60,439 nt of DNA from Octopus bimaculoides (lineage: Eukaryota): the NCBI RefSeq assembly GCF_001194135.2, contig NC_068981.1, positions 102,693,485 through 102,753,923 on the forward strand. The letters run 5' to 3'. The notes beneath the pieces are model-generated. The model saw nothing but the letters and a program-made list of their open reading frames with translations. It was not told the origin of the DNA and did no database searches. Below are positions 48,994 through 60,439 of the stretch, piece after piece. The position numbers and the translations under genes are program-made. The first letter of the stretch is position 1. The number at the start of each line of letters is the position of its first letter.

Positions 48994-49097
48994 AGAAAAA
49001 GGAGTGCGCTGGTAGAAAAAGGAGTGCGCTGGTAGAAAAAGGAGTGCGTTGGTAGAAAAAGGAGTACGCTGGTAGAAAAAGGAGTGCGCTGGTAGAA
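48994..49097 (+). repeat. 20-bp tandem repeat x5 made from the head of a SINE B
   Basis: (agaaaaaggagtgcgctggt)5 runs directly into agaaccgttagcgcggcgggcaaaatgc. Confidence 0.9.
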
Positions 49098-49480
49098 CCG
49101 TTAGCGCGGCGGGCAAAATGCTTAGCGGTATTTCGTGCGTCTTTACGTTCTGCATTCGAATTCCATCGAGGTCAACTTTGCTTTTCATCCTTTTGGGGGT
49201 CGATAAAATAAGTACTAGCTGACATTTGAGATCGATGTTATCGACTCATTCCCTCTCTCAAACTTTCTAGCCTTGTGCTAAAATTTCAAACCAATATATA
49301 TGCAGAAAAATGAGGCAGGCAGCTGGCAGAATCGTTTTCGCACCGTTTAAAATGCTTAGCGGCATTTCGTCCGTCTTTACGTTCCGAGCTCAAATTACAT
49401 CGAGATTGTCTTTGCTTTCAGCCTTTCGGGGGTCGATCTCCCGAAATTACTGGCTTTGTGCCAAAATTTGAAAGTAATAT
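49074..49480 (+). mobile_element. Two head-to-tail SINE family B copies
   Basis: 49074-49295 and 49315-49480. Confidence 0.85.
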
Positions 49481-49825
49481 AACTGCAGAAATAGTAAAAT
49501 AGTTATTGGGAAAAGAACGTTCATATGATTATGGACATTGAAATCATATGAAGGAGGAAAAAAATATTTAAGTGAGATACAGTACATCTCCCAGCATCTA
49601 ATATTAACACGCACAGACACATGTTTATGTACTTACACTAGAGAGAATTTTCACGATCAACAAGTCAGATCCGATTGGCCCCATCTGATGATCGTACCAT
49701 CGACAGGCTACAAGAATCTGTACCAAGAATGGTACAGATCATCAACGTCTATTTCTTTTTATTTAACTAAGTCATTTATCACTTCTCCACAATTCGGATT
49801 AGCTCTTACAAAAGTTCTTCATGTA

Positions 49826-49872
<47 letters not shown>

Positions 49873-50150
49873 GAATAAAAAATAAGGGTGTACGAGTCAG
49901 TCTCTGTGAGTTCGTGTATTAGGGTTATGAAGTGACAAATAACAACAAACAGTCACTCAGAGTAGGACTCAATATGATGATTGAGTTAATATATTATATA
50001 CAGAAGTTGAATTCTCGGCGTGGAGGCATACTCTCCCGCATGCGCACACGCGGTCACACACACGCACGTACATATATGTATATGTATGTATATATATAGA
50101 AAATATATATGTGTGTTGCTGTGTACGTGCATACATACATACGTACATAC

Positions 50151-50210
<60 letters not shown>

Positions 50211-50242
50211 GTCTACATATATATATATATATATCTGTCTAC

Positions 50243-50280
<38 letters not shown>

Positions 50281-50694
50281 ATACATATATATGTATATGT
50301 ACATCCATACACATATACATACAAATACACACGCGTGCGCGCATTACAATTTTCTATTGCTTACGCGGGGCGGACATCTTAATAATTTAGTTTCTTGATA
50401 TTTCAGTTATTTGTATTATTATTATTGTTATTGTTGTCATTGTTATTCGTTTTCTTGGTGTTTTTTTTTTTTAGTTTTAGTTACTATATTTTGTTGTTAT
50501 TGTCAACCGCGATCGTAAACATGCTTGACAGTTTATTTAATTTTCGTTGATTTGAATCTCGTTGACATTTTTATGTTCGCAATACACGACGACAAGTCTT
50601 GTCAACGGGGAATAGAAAGAAAAAGAAAAAGAAAAAGAAATGAAAGAAGAAAGTAATGGCAAGGGATTCACACCTTTTTTCTTTTCCTTTATTA

Positions 50695-50738
<44 letters not shown>

Positions 50739-51341
50739 AACGCAGACACACAGACACACACAGCCACACACACACACACACACACACATACAAACGCAGA
50801 CACACAGAGACACACACAGGCACACACACACACTCACCCACACACAGACACACACACACACACACACACTCACACACGCACACTTACACACACTCACACA
50901 CAAACTTGCATACGTTCACGCTCATTTGCATGAGGCTATTTGTCTGCGTGGGTATGTGTATGAGTGTATATGTATATATGTATGTATGTATGTATGTACG
51001 TACGTATCTTCATATATATACATATATGCATACGTACACACATATATATATACACACATATATATATACATATATATATTAATAATATAATATATCATAT
51101 GATATACATACATACATACATACATACTACGTACACATTGGTGTAAATATATGCATACAATGTCATATGCATATATACATCCACTTTTTACATTCAATTG
51201 CATGTCGACACCTACATTTACGATTACGCACAGATATATGAATTCTATATACACTCATTTGCATAGAAATCTAGAAATACACTCATATCTACATATATAC
51301 ATATATGGATGCATAGCTGCACACACACACATATACATACA

Positions 51342-52235
51342 TACGAGATCTAACCAATAAGTATTTAAACTGTTGCCATAGTAACGAAGCTAAAGAAGGC
51401 AGAGTGAAGCCGCTTGGCACAGATTAACCTTAAACTCTGCTGTGTATGTGCACTAAGTTTTAACATTCTAGCTTACTTCCGCTGTTTATAGCAGTGCCTG
51501 GAAGGAAGTTGTGTAGCGTGTCATCGTTGCATTGACCATGACAGAGAAAATTGTCATAGCAATACCTGCTCAGAGGCTGATGCAAAGTTGCAGAAAGTGT
51601 ATGGAGAGGAGTGTATGAGTCGCACACAAGTGTACATGTGGTTCAGACGTTTCCGAAATGGCCGAAAAAAATATCGATATTGACGACGCTCTGGGAGACC
51701 GGCAACCAGTAGAACTGTGAATAACATCGTAGATGTGCGTGCAGCTATGAGGGGAAGTTGTTGAATCACCATCTGCGAGTTATCAGAGGATGTACAGATT
51801 AGTTACGGTTCAGTCCATTATCACTGAAGGTTTGGGTATGAGACGCGTGTCTGCCAAGTTTGTGGCAAAACTGCTTTCAGCTGACCAAAAAGACACTCGG
51901 GTTTCAGTTGCATAAGATCTTCTTGATTATGTCGAGAACGATGAAAACTTTTTGAAAACTTTGCGTAGGCCTCTGAGCAGGTATTACCAAACTTTTGGCA
52001 AAATTTGATTCAGATTCTCTGCTCAGCTTTCTCTGTCATGTTCAATGCGACGATCATACGCTACACACATTCCTTCCAAGCACTACTGTAAACAGTGGAA
52101 GTGATCTAGGACGTTGAAACCTAATGCGCATGCACACCAGAGTTCAAGGTCAATCTGTGTCAAGCGGATTTACTCTCCATGCTTTAACTTTGTTACTATG
52201 GCAACAGTCTAGATATTTATTGTTCAAACCACGTA
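51342..52235 (+). mobile_element. Non-autonomous mariner derivative with about 280-bp TIRs (fold-back of the left end)
   Basis: TAcgagatctaaccaataag... / ...ttattgttcaaaccacgTA. Internal frame from ATG 51538: MTEK...NTCSEADAKLQKVYGEECMSRTQVYMWFRRFRNGRK...RSGRP...GMRRVSAKFVAKLLSADQK...ENDENFLK, then an inverted copy of the left end. Confidence 0.9.
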
Positions 52236-53066
52236 CATACTTACGTACATGATCCGGATTTATCTATATTTATTTCGTATGATATATTTCAGATTTCTGA
52301 ATTTCATCCCCCCACCTTTTTTTTTGTACTCGTAGACATGATTATAGCGCTAATTTATTTAATTGAATTTCTTTTTGGGTACTTTCAGTCAAAAAAATAC
52401 TTCTAGTTCAATGAATTCTGATGTGTTTTGAAAGAACATCTGTATTTATTATCGACATGTATTGCTCTTGTACGCCAGTGCTTTGGTCTAAGACCTGGAC
52501 CGCCAGGAAGGTCTCGTAACAATTTGCTCGGGCCATTTCCAAGAATAAAAGAAAAATCTCAGTACACTTAAATTTCGTGAAGACTCAACTATCCTGTCAC
52601 CCGAAAGTAGCTTTGTTCTGCCGTTCTAAATTTCTCACAGAGGCCCTACTCTTCAAATTGCATAAGTTATATAAAATGTACAGCATAGCTGCCAACTTTA
52701 GAGATTTTAAAAAAAGCCTCATAGAAACAGAATTTTTTGTCTAATCATATACTACGCTCGTTCCATTTTCTTTTCTTGTTCCGTTTGTTTTGAGTCGACT
52801 CATGGGAACCTTGTGCGTGTATAGAGAAAACCGTGTGTCTCGGTTGAAGAGGCACATTTTGAAACAAATTTATGTCCCACGTTTAAGGTAATATGTCCAT
52901 ATTTATTTCGTATGATACATCTGTGATTTCTCTATTCTATTTTATGTACGTAGACCTTGTTGTCATGGTTCTAAGTAACTTAATATTGATTTCCAATCGA
53001 GCGCTTTCAATGAAAACTATCCCATGTTTAGATGAGTTGAGATGCAGGAAATGTGTATCTGCTATC

Positions 53067-53136
<70 letters not shown>

Positions 53137-53305
53137 TATATATAAAAATATACAAATATATGTATATTTATTCTAACGCATACACATGCGCGTACTCTTT
53201 CCTTTATGTAGCTCTAAAAGGTTATATATATATTGTGAAATATATTGTTTTGGCCTTCTTATTGTTATTCATTTGATTATTCAGTAGTAGACAAAACTTG
53301 TCTAC

Positions 53306-53336
<31 letters not shown>

Positions 53337-53615
53337 CATACATACATACATACATACATGTATGCATGCATGCATGCATGCATACATACATATCTAAGAA
53401 ATAAAATTACAAAGAAATAAGGAATTATTTAATGAACTTTATTAGCTTATAGCAGTTTCTGCATTAAGATGCAAGGCACTCACTGTTGAATGCTTGTACA
53501 TCACCCTATAGCATCATCGGAGCTTCAAATAAGAAATGGGAAAACATTTGCATTTACACACACACGCAGACACACACAGATAACACAGACACACACACAG
53601 ACACACACACACACA

Positions 53616-53702
<87 letters not shown>

Positions 53703-54083
53703 AGAAAAAAACATTACCAACGAAAAAAGTAAAACTAAAATTGCACTTCATGTTTGAAGCTCCGATGAAGCTATAGGATGATACACAAACATTCAGCTAT
53801 GAATAGATTACATTTAGCAGAAACAGATGTAAGCTAATGAATTTCATGTTTTAATTTCTTCTTCCTTTGTCATTTTAATTTGTTATCACTGCTCAGTACT
53901 CGACTGACGCTTTATTCTGAAGCATATGCATATTGCGTACAAATACCAGCTTATTAGCATCACTATGCTTAAGCGTAATGATAATATTAATAATAATGAG
54001 ACAATACGAAGAGTGCGATGCGATTGCAATAGATGTTTTATTGGTTGAACGATATTTCGACAGCTAGCCTGTCTTTGTCGAGT

Positions 54084-54341
54084 TCATAATAAAAAAGTGA
54101 TACATAGAAATTGAAATTCAAAGTTTGAACGAGGCAACCAGTGTTCCCAGGTTGATGGAATGACATCATTAGTCTTCAATTTAAGTTTTTTTAACTGATA
54201 GAAATGTGGGTTTCTCATTTTGTGATTCGTATTTGATAGTACAAAATCCATTGGCCCAGGATTGGGCTCAACACTGGAGTCTAGCGAAACTAACATGGAT
54301 AACAAGCCAACTGTAAGAAGGAATAAAACGCAAAAGCTGTC
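54084..54341 (-). CDS. Orphan reading frame with 2A/StopGo-like motif (host exon or retroelement remnant)
   Basis: DSFCVLFLLTVGLLSMLVSLDSSVEPNPGP-MDFVLSNTNHK...FLL*. An acceptor-like ttccttcttacag ends at 54311. Confidence 0.4.
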   Translation of the reverse strand, partial: DSFCVLFLLTVGLLSMLVSLDSSVEPNPGPMDFVLSNTNHKMRNPHFYQLKKLKLKTNDVIPSTWEHWLPRSNFEFQFLCITFLL

Positions 54342-54389
54342 ATTTATATTATGATTTTCCTTCAGAAAAGTCTCTCTCTTATTTAAGTG

Positions 54390-55230
54390 TTTTGACCTGT
54401 AACTCCTTGCACTCTAAAGGTTTATGCCACCTACTTACACCTCTGCTGCCACATTTTATATCACTGCTAACGTTCGAACCTGTCCTTTCTGAAGTGGTCA
54501 GGTGTCTCTAAGGGAAATTAACTTCGTGGTGGTTGTTGTAAATACAAAGATTTGCCATCTCAGGTTCACGTTTGATCTTCTATCCAATTGAAACTCTTTT
54601 CGGCTGCTTCTGTCATTGCCATTCAGGTGCTGGTTCTCTTTCTCCAAGAAACTGAGAGTCATTTCATAAGATTATATGTAGATTTGCCTGCAAACTTTCC
54701 TTGCTTCTACCTCTACGACAAGAACTTGTCTGCCTCCAAGAAATTGAGTACAGTTTCATTAGTTCATTGGCAGATTTGTCCCGAGACCCCCCCTGTTCTT
54801 ATCTCTATTGTAAGAACTCTGATTTGGCAATCAAATTCCCTCAGGTTGCTTGCTTTCTTTCTTTTGTGCGAGTTGACTTCTTTCTGTTTTTCAAGAAGTT
54901 GTCATATCATCTTCCAAGATTCTTCACTAGTTCTTCAAACATTATTGTAATGGATCGGTTTGACTGCAGTCCTTATGACCCTTTCAACTGCTTTATCAAC
55001 TGTTATCCGGTTCTTCATGAAATGTGAAGCTCCATGATTTCTTTGGTTTGAGGTGATTGTCTAGCGTTAATAGTCTGCATGCTTCTTCCTCCTTTGTGGA
55101 AAGAACTGTTGTGTCCTCTATAAAATCTCCAATAGGACGCATTTAGTTCCCATTCAGAGGCTTGCAAGACACATACTACTCATTATTGCTCACAATCTAA
55201 ACTCCATTGTCATCATGAACAATATTAGAG
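54390..55230 (-). mobile_element. Hero-like (RLE) non-LTR retrotransposon 3' part, internally deleted
   Basis: FIEDTTVLST...LKPKKSWS (cf. FMDDLTV...FKPAKSRS), ELVKNLGR*YDNFLK (cf. KPVKSLGK.FD.SLK) and FAGKSTYNLM...MTEAAEKSFNWI (cf. GFAG.SL...AAEKASRWLW). Confidence 0.7.
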
Positions 55231-55252
55231 ATGCTAGCAGCTGTTATCCTAA

Positions 55253-55300
<48 letters not shown>

Positions 55301-55826
55301 ATACACTATGCGAAGCTGATTTAACCTTAAAGCATAAATGCCTGTAGAATATTTGCCTGCTTGCACTATATTTCGATGACCCCGGCCGTCCAGTTCTGTA
55401 GACAGCTGCCTATTTTATTATGAGATATATATTTTTTACACACATGCATATCTTATCTTATCTTATCTATCTATCTATCGTTGTAGGGGTATCTATCTAT
55501 TTATCTATTTATCTGTCTTTCTGTCTCTCTATATATCTGTCTATGTATCTATCTATCCATCTNNNNNNNNNNNNNNNNNNNNNNNNNNNNNNNNNNNNNN
55601 NNNNNNNNNNNNNNNNNNNNNNNNNNNNNNNNNNNNNNNNNNNNNNNNNNNNNNNNNNNNNNNNNNNNNNNNNNNNNNNNNNNNNNNNNNNNNNNNNNNN
55701 NNNNNNNNNNNNNNNNNNNNNNNNNNNNNNNNNNNNNNNNNNNNNNNNNNNNNNNNNNNNNNNNNNNNNNNNNNNNNNNNNNNNNNNNNNNNNNCACACA
55801 CACACACACACACACGCACACACACA

Positions 55827-56309
55827 TTAGATTGTCAAGAAAGTTCTTGCGGTTTTTAACCTTTAAATTTAGATGCACATGTCTCGGCTCAAACAAAACT
55901 TTATTAATCGAAATAAACACCATCAGAATCAACACACTTTTGCCAACTCGGAAACAAGTTTATTTATGCCAGTAGCGTAAAAATTCTGCGTTCTGGTGGC
56001 GATGAAGTCGTTGAAGACGTGTTTGGCATCGTGTTGGTTTCTGAAGCATTTCTCACGCAGGAAGTTGCCGAGATGTTTGAAAAATGGTAGTCGGTAGGCG
56101 AGACGTCTGGTGAGTATGGCGGATGAGGCAGAGTTTCGTAGCCCAATTCGTTCAACTTCTGCAGGGTCAGTTGAGCGACGTGCGACCGAGCGTTGTCGTG
56201 GAGAAGAATTGGTCCTTTTCAGTTGACCAATGCTGGTTCTTGTTGTCGGAGTTTCTTATGCATTTCATCCATTTACTGACAGTACTTCGCCGTAATGGTT
56301 TCGCCTGGA
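55827..56309 (-). mobile_element. mariner (Hsmar1/cecropia-like, D34D) C-terminal part and 3' TIR; rest in gap
   Basis: GPILLHDNARSHVAQLTLQKLNELGYETLPHPPYSPDVSPTDYHF. TIR ttagattgtcaagaaagttcttgcggtttt resembles TTAGGTTGGTGCAAAAGTAATTGCGGTTTT. Confidence 0.9.
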
Positions 56310-57279
56310 NNNNNNNNNNNNNNNNNNNNNNNNNNNNNNNNNNNNNNNNNNNNNNNNNNNNNNNNNNNNNNNNNNNNNNNNNNNNNNNNNNNNNNNNNNN
56401 NNNNNNNNNNNNNNNNNNNNNNNNNNNNNNNNNNNNNNNNNNNNNNNNNNNNNNNNNNNNNNNNNNNNNNNNNNNNNNNNNNNNNNNNNNNNNNNNNNNN
56501 NNNNNNNNNNNNNNNNNNNNNNNNNNNNNNNNNNNNNNNNNNNNNNNNNNNNNNNNNNNNNNNNNNNNNNNNNNNNNNNNNNNNNNNNNNNNNNNNNNNN
56601 NNNNNNNNNNNNNNNNNNNNNNNNNNNNNNNNNNNNNNNNNNNNNNNNNNNNNNNNNNNNNNNNNNNNNNNNNNNNNNNNNNNNNNNNNNNNNNNNNNNN
56701 NNNNNNNNNNNNNNNNNNNNNNNNNNNNNNNNNNNNNNNNNNNNNNNNNNNNNNNNNNNNNNNNNNNNNNNNNNNNNNNNNNNNNNNNNNNNNNNNNNNN
56801 NNNNNNNNNNNNNNNNNNNNNNNNNNNNNNNNNNNNNNNNNNNNNNNNNNNNNNNNNNNNNNNNNNNNNNNNNNNNNNNNNNNNNNNNNNNNNNNNNNNN
56901 NNNNNNNNNNNNNNNNNNNNNNNNNNNNNNNNNNNNNNNNNNNNNNNNNNNNNNNNNNNNNNNNNNNNNNNNNNNNNNNNNNNNNNNNNNNNNNNNNNNN
57001 NNNNNNNNNNNNNNNNNNNNNNNNNNNNNNNNNNNNNNNNNNNNNNNNNNNNNNNNNNNNNNNNNNNNNNNNNNNNNNNNNNNNNNNNNNNNNNNNNNNN
57101 NNNNNNNNNNNNNNNNNNNNNNNNNNNNNNNNNNNNNNNNNNNNNNNNNNNNNNNNNNNNNNNNNNNNNNNNNNNNNNNNNNNNNNNNNNNNNNNNNNNN
57201 NNNNNNNNNNNNNNNNNNNNNNNNNNNNNNNNNNNNNNNNNNNNNNNNNNNNNNNNNNNNNNNNNNNNNNNNNNNNNNN

Positions 57280-57329
<50 letters not shown>

Positions 57330-57689
57330 ATCGTACACGCTACAAATAATTGCATTAAGATATGGAGATATATGCATTTGCGAAATTACTCAAAGCGCGC
57401 AAACTCAACATTAATTTGATTTTGAGTCACAGAGATATATTTATGTATATTGATATAAAGCGGTACACACCTCCACGCTCAAACACACATGCACACACAC
57501 ACACACACACACACGGATACACACACATAGATACACGTTCACGGGAACAGGTACACACATATATACAAACGCACACACAAATACGCAGACATTTACACTC
57601 ATACATATAGATAAACACATAGATACGCACTTTTCGTAGTTCATGATTTTTACCGAAAATTTCCGAGAAGTTATGTATAGAAAATATGT

Positions 57690-57835
57690 GTGTGTATGTA
57701 TGTAGGAGAATATACAAATAATAACAACAGACGAGGACAGGTGGTGTAAATAACAAAAGTATATATTAGTATGACGCTCGGGAATACGGAAAGTCTTTGA
57801 CGTTTCGAGCTACGCTCTTCAACAGAAAGAATACT
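57690..57835 (-). mobile_element. Penelope-like pLTR repeat with minimal hammerhead (same family as 10080-10275)
   Basis: Reverse strand tcttt-CTGTTGA-a-gagc-gta-gctc-GAA-ACGT-C-aaaga at 57794-57830. Confidence 0.7.
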
Positions 57836-58214
57836 GTATGTATGTATGTATGTATGTATGTAGGTATGTATGCATGTATGCATGCATGTATGTATGCATG
57901 AATGTATATATGTATGCATGAATGTATATATGTAAGCATGAATGTATACATGTATGTATGCATGAATGTATGTATGTATTTATTCATGCATATATGTATT
58001 ATGTACCTATGTATATCTCTATATATGTATGTATGGATGGATTGATGTACATATATGTATAGAGAGTGAGAAGTGGGAGAGGAGGGATATTTGCGTGTGT
58101 GCGTGTCAAAACAAGAGAAATTGATAAATTGCATACACAAACAAGTGTTTATATGTATATATTTATTTATGCCTCTCACAGTATAATCTATCTCGTCCAA
58201 CTCCTCTCTGTATG

Positions 58215-58357
<143 letters not shown>

Positions 58358-58722
58358 GTAAATATCTATCTATGCGCGTGTGTGTGTGTGTTTGTGTGTA
58401 TACGCGTGTGTAGTTTACTATCGGTGACAAATCTCATAGATTAAGGCCTCTAGGGTTGACACTCTAACCTGGAGATGATCATTTTTTAAACAATTCCTTT
58501 TCCCATTTTGCTACTGACAACATGAATTATGTCTTTCTGTCAACCTTGTTTATACGCTTTTACGCGCGCATGTCTACATAAACGCACGCGCGCGCGCATT
58601 CCCACACTCACTCACACACACACATACACACACACACACACACACAATCGCAAACACCCACAAACACGCTTGCACACACGGTCACGCAAACATGCACACG
58701 TGCTGATTTACAGGCTTGTAAT

Positions 58723-58759
<37 letters not shown>

Positions 58760-59029
58760 GCACACACACACACACACACACATACATATGTATATATATA
58801 TATATATATATATTTGCGTGCGTCTGTGTGTGTTTTGTGCATCTTCCGTGACCGACATCGTGTTGAAAGAATCTGAAGATAATTACTAGCTGTGTGAAGG
58901 TGGATTATCGTTTGTGAAAATAAGATGGATAGGAATAAAGAAATTTACTTTGTCAGTTGGATTTGAAAAAGTGATCTCGTAATCTTCATCTCAAACGTAT
59001 TAGTAAAAGATCCACCAATGTCAAGGCGT

Positions 59030-59398
59030 TGTTGTTGGCACTCCGTCGCTTAGGACGTCGAGGGTTCCAGTTGATCCGATCAACGGAACAGCCTGCTCGT
59101 GAAATTAACGTGCAAGTGGCTGAGCATTCCACAGACACGTGTACCCTTAACGTAGTTCTCGGGGATATTCAGCGTGGCACAGTGTGACAAGGCTGACCCT
59201 TTGAATTACAGGCACATTAGAAACAGGAAGTAAGAGTGAGAGAAAGTTGTGGCGAAAGAGTACAGCAGGGTTCGCCACCATCCTCTGCCGGAGCCTCGTG
59301 GAGCTTTAGGTGTTTTCGCTCAATAAACACTCACAACGCCTGGTCTGGGAATCAAAACCGCGAGTCCACTGCCCAACCACTGGGCCATTGTGCCTCCA
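59030..59398 (-). mobile_element. Full-length SINE family D with TSD and (CAA)n tail
   Basis: Head tggaggcacaatggcccagtggtt, tail ...gcgacggagtgccaacaacaa. TSD caatgtcaaggcgt (59016-59029) and cattgtcaaggcgt (59399-59412). Confidence 0.9.
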
Positions 59399-59651
59399 CA
59401 TTGTCAAGGCGTATGTAGTATTTAAAACCATTGCATTGGCCCTTCTATCTGAAGACCGTTAATAGGAAACTCGGAGTAATATTATGTGAAGCCAGCTTCA
59501 CTAAAGCGCTGTATCTCTATATTCGGGCGGCATTTTATCTACTTCCTTTTGAGCTTATATTATCGCATAAACATGTATCTATATTTATATACAAACTACT
59601 GTCTTTGTGCGTGTGAGAATATGTGTGTGTGTGTGTGTGTGTTTGTGTATA

Positions 59652-59830
59652 TACAGGGTGTTCTCAAAGTCTGGCTACATGGAGTAAATAAAATCATAAG
59701 ATAAACAATTAAATATAAGAAATAATAATTTCTTAAAGTATGTGTTAATAATTTCTTAAAGTATGTGCACACTAGCTAATCACTTCACCATGAACGCATC
59801 ATTCAAAGTACTGCCAAAATTCTGCCTGGA
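59652..59830. mobile_element. Tc1/mariner terminal fragment
   Basis: TAcagggtgttctcaaagtc TIR-like start following a (TG)n tract. Confidence 0.45.
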
Positions 59831-60023
59831 TTTACTTGGGATTAAGCATATGCACCTATACATTCACTGAAGTACGGACCAGCCTTCATACCACCTGGAA
59901 AAAGATGAACTATCAACTTTTATTCTCCTGTATTCTTATATCTACTTTTACTCTTTATTCTTCTATTTTATTCTTTATGAACTGTGAATTTCCCTGTCTC
60001 GAACTTTCATACATACTCACTTT

Positions 60024-60100
60024 GTCTCTGATGACGGACTTACCCTGTGTACGGACATGCTAGCCTATCAATTGGAATATCCCAGAAACAGCAGTAAGAC
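60024..60100 (+). ncRNA. Type I hammerhead motif within a Penelope-like pLTR (about 59840-60190)
   Basis: gtct-CTGATGA-(50 nt, weak stem II)-GAA-AC-AGCA-GT-A-agac. Stem I gtct/agac, near-palindromic ACAGCAGT, GUA site. Confidence 0.65.
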
Positions 60101-60324
60101 TTCAAATTAACCCTACCCTAATTAAATTATTTTAAATGATTTAAGATACTCGTCCTACTTTGGCTTTTTATGTCCTTTTTCTCTAATGTATATCTGCTAA
60201 CACAGAAGCCTAATACGGATCCCTAGCCTTAGCTGTAAACTTGGAACCTAACGGATGACCAATTATAGCACTTACTCAGCGTACCTATTCGTTTAGACCA
60301 CCAGTTTACTAAAATCATCATATC

Positions 60325-60376
<52 letters not shown>

Positions 60377-60439
60377 ATGTATCTATCTATCTATGTATCT
60401 ATGTATCTATCTATCTATCTATATATATATGTATATATT

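Noticed and set aside
48994-49097. CRISPR-like array
   Set aside because: Units are contiguous with no spacers, derive from a SINE head, and the genome is eukaryotic.

Overview
Repeat-rich eukaryotic non-coding DNA from a gapped short-read assembly, with about 14 N-runs and abundant (CA)n, (TA)n, (GA)n, (TATC)n and (TATG)n tracts. The tRNA-derived SINE families suggest an octopus or other coleoid cephalopod genome (inference). No complete gene can be assembled, and almost all ORFs in the supplied track are microsatellite or N artefacts. The identifiable content is decayed mobile DNA: more than 30 SINE copies in 4-5 families; three Penelope-like RT/GIY-YIG fragments plus several pLTR-like pieces; CR1, RTE and Hero-type LINE fragments; three mariners, a rosa-like Tc1/mariner, a hAT transposase and a hAT MITE. 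The most interesting signals are (1) a 2A/StopGo-like motif (hydrophobic run + SVEPNPGP) in an orphan minus-strand frame at about 54.3 kb; (2) a candidate terminal exon at 16060-16203 encoding an acidic spacer, KR and the peptide GPNICCICNM; (3) at least six minimal hammerhead-ribozyme motifs, one with an intact core; and (4) several long fold-back inverted repeats. All alignments and translations were done by eye, so repeat boundaries are approximate.
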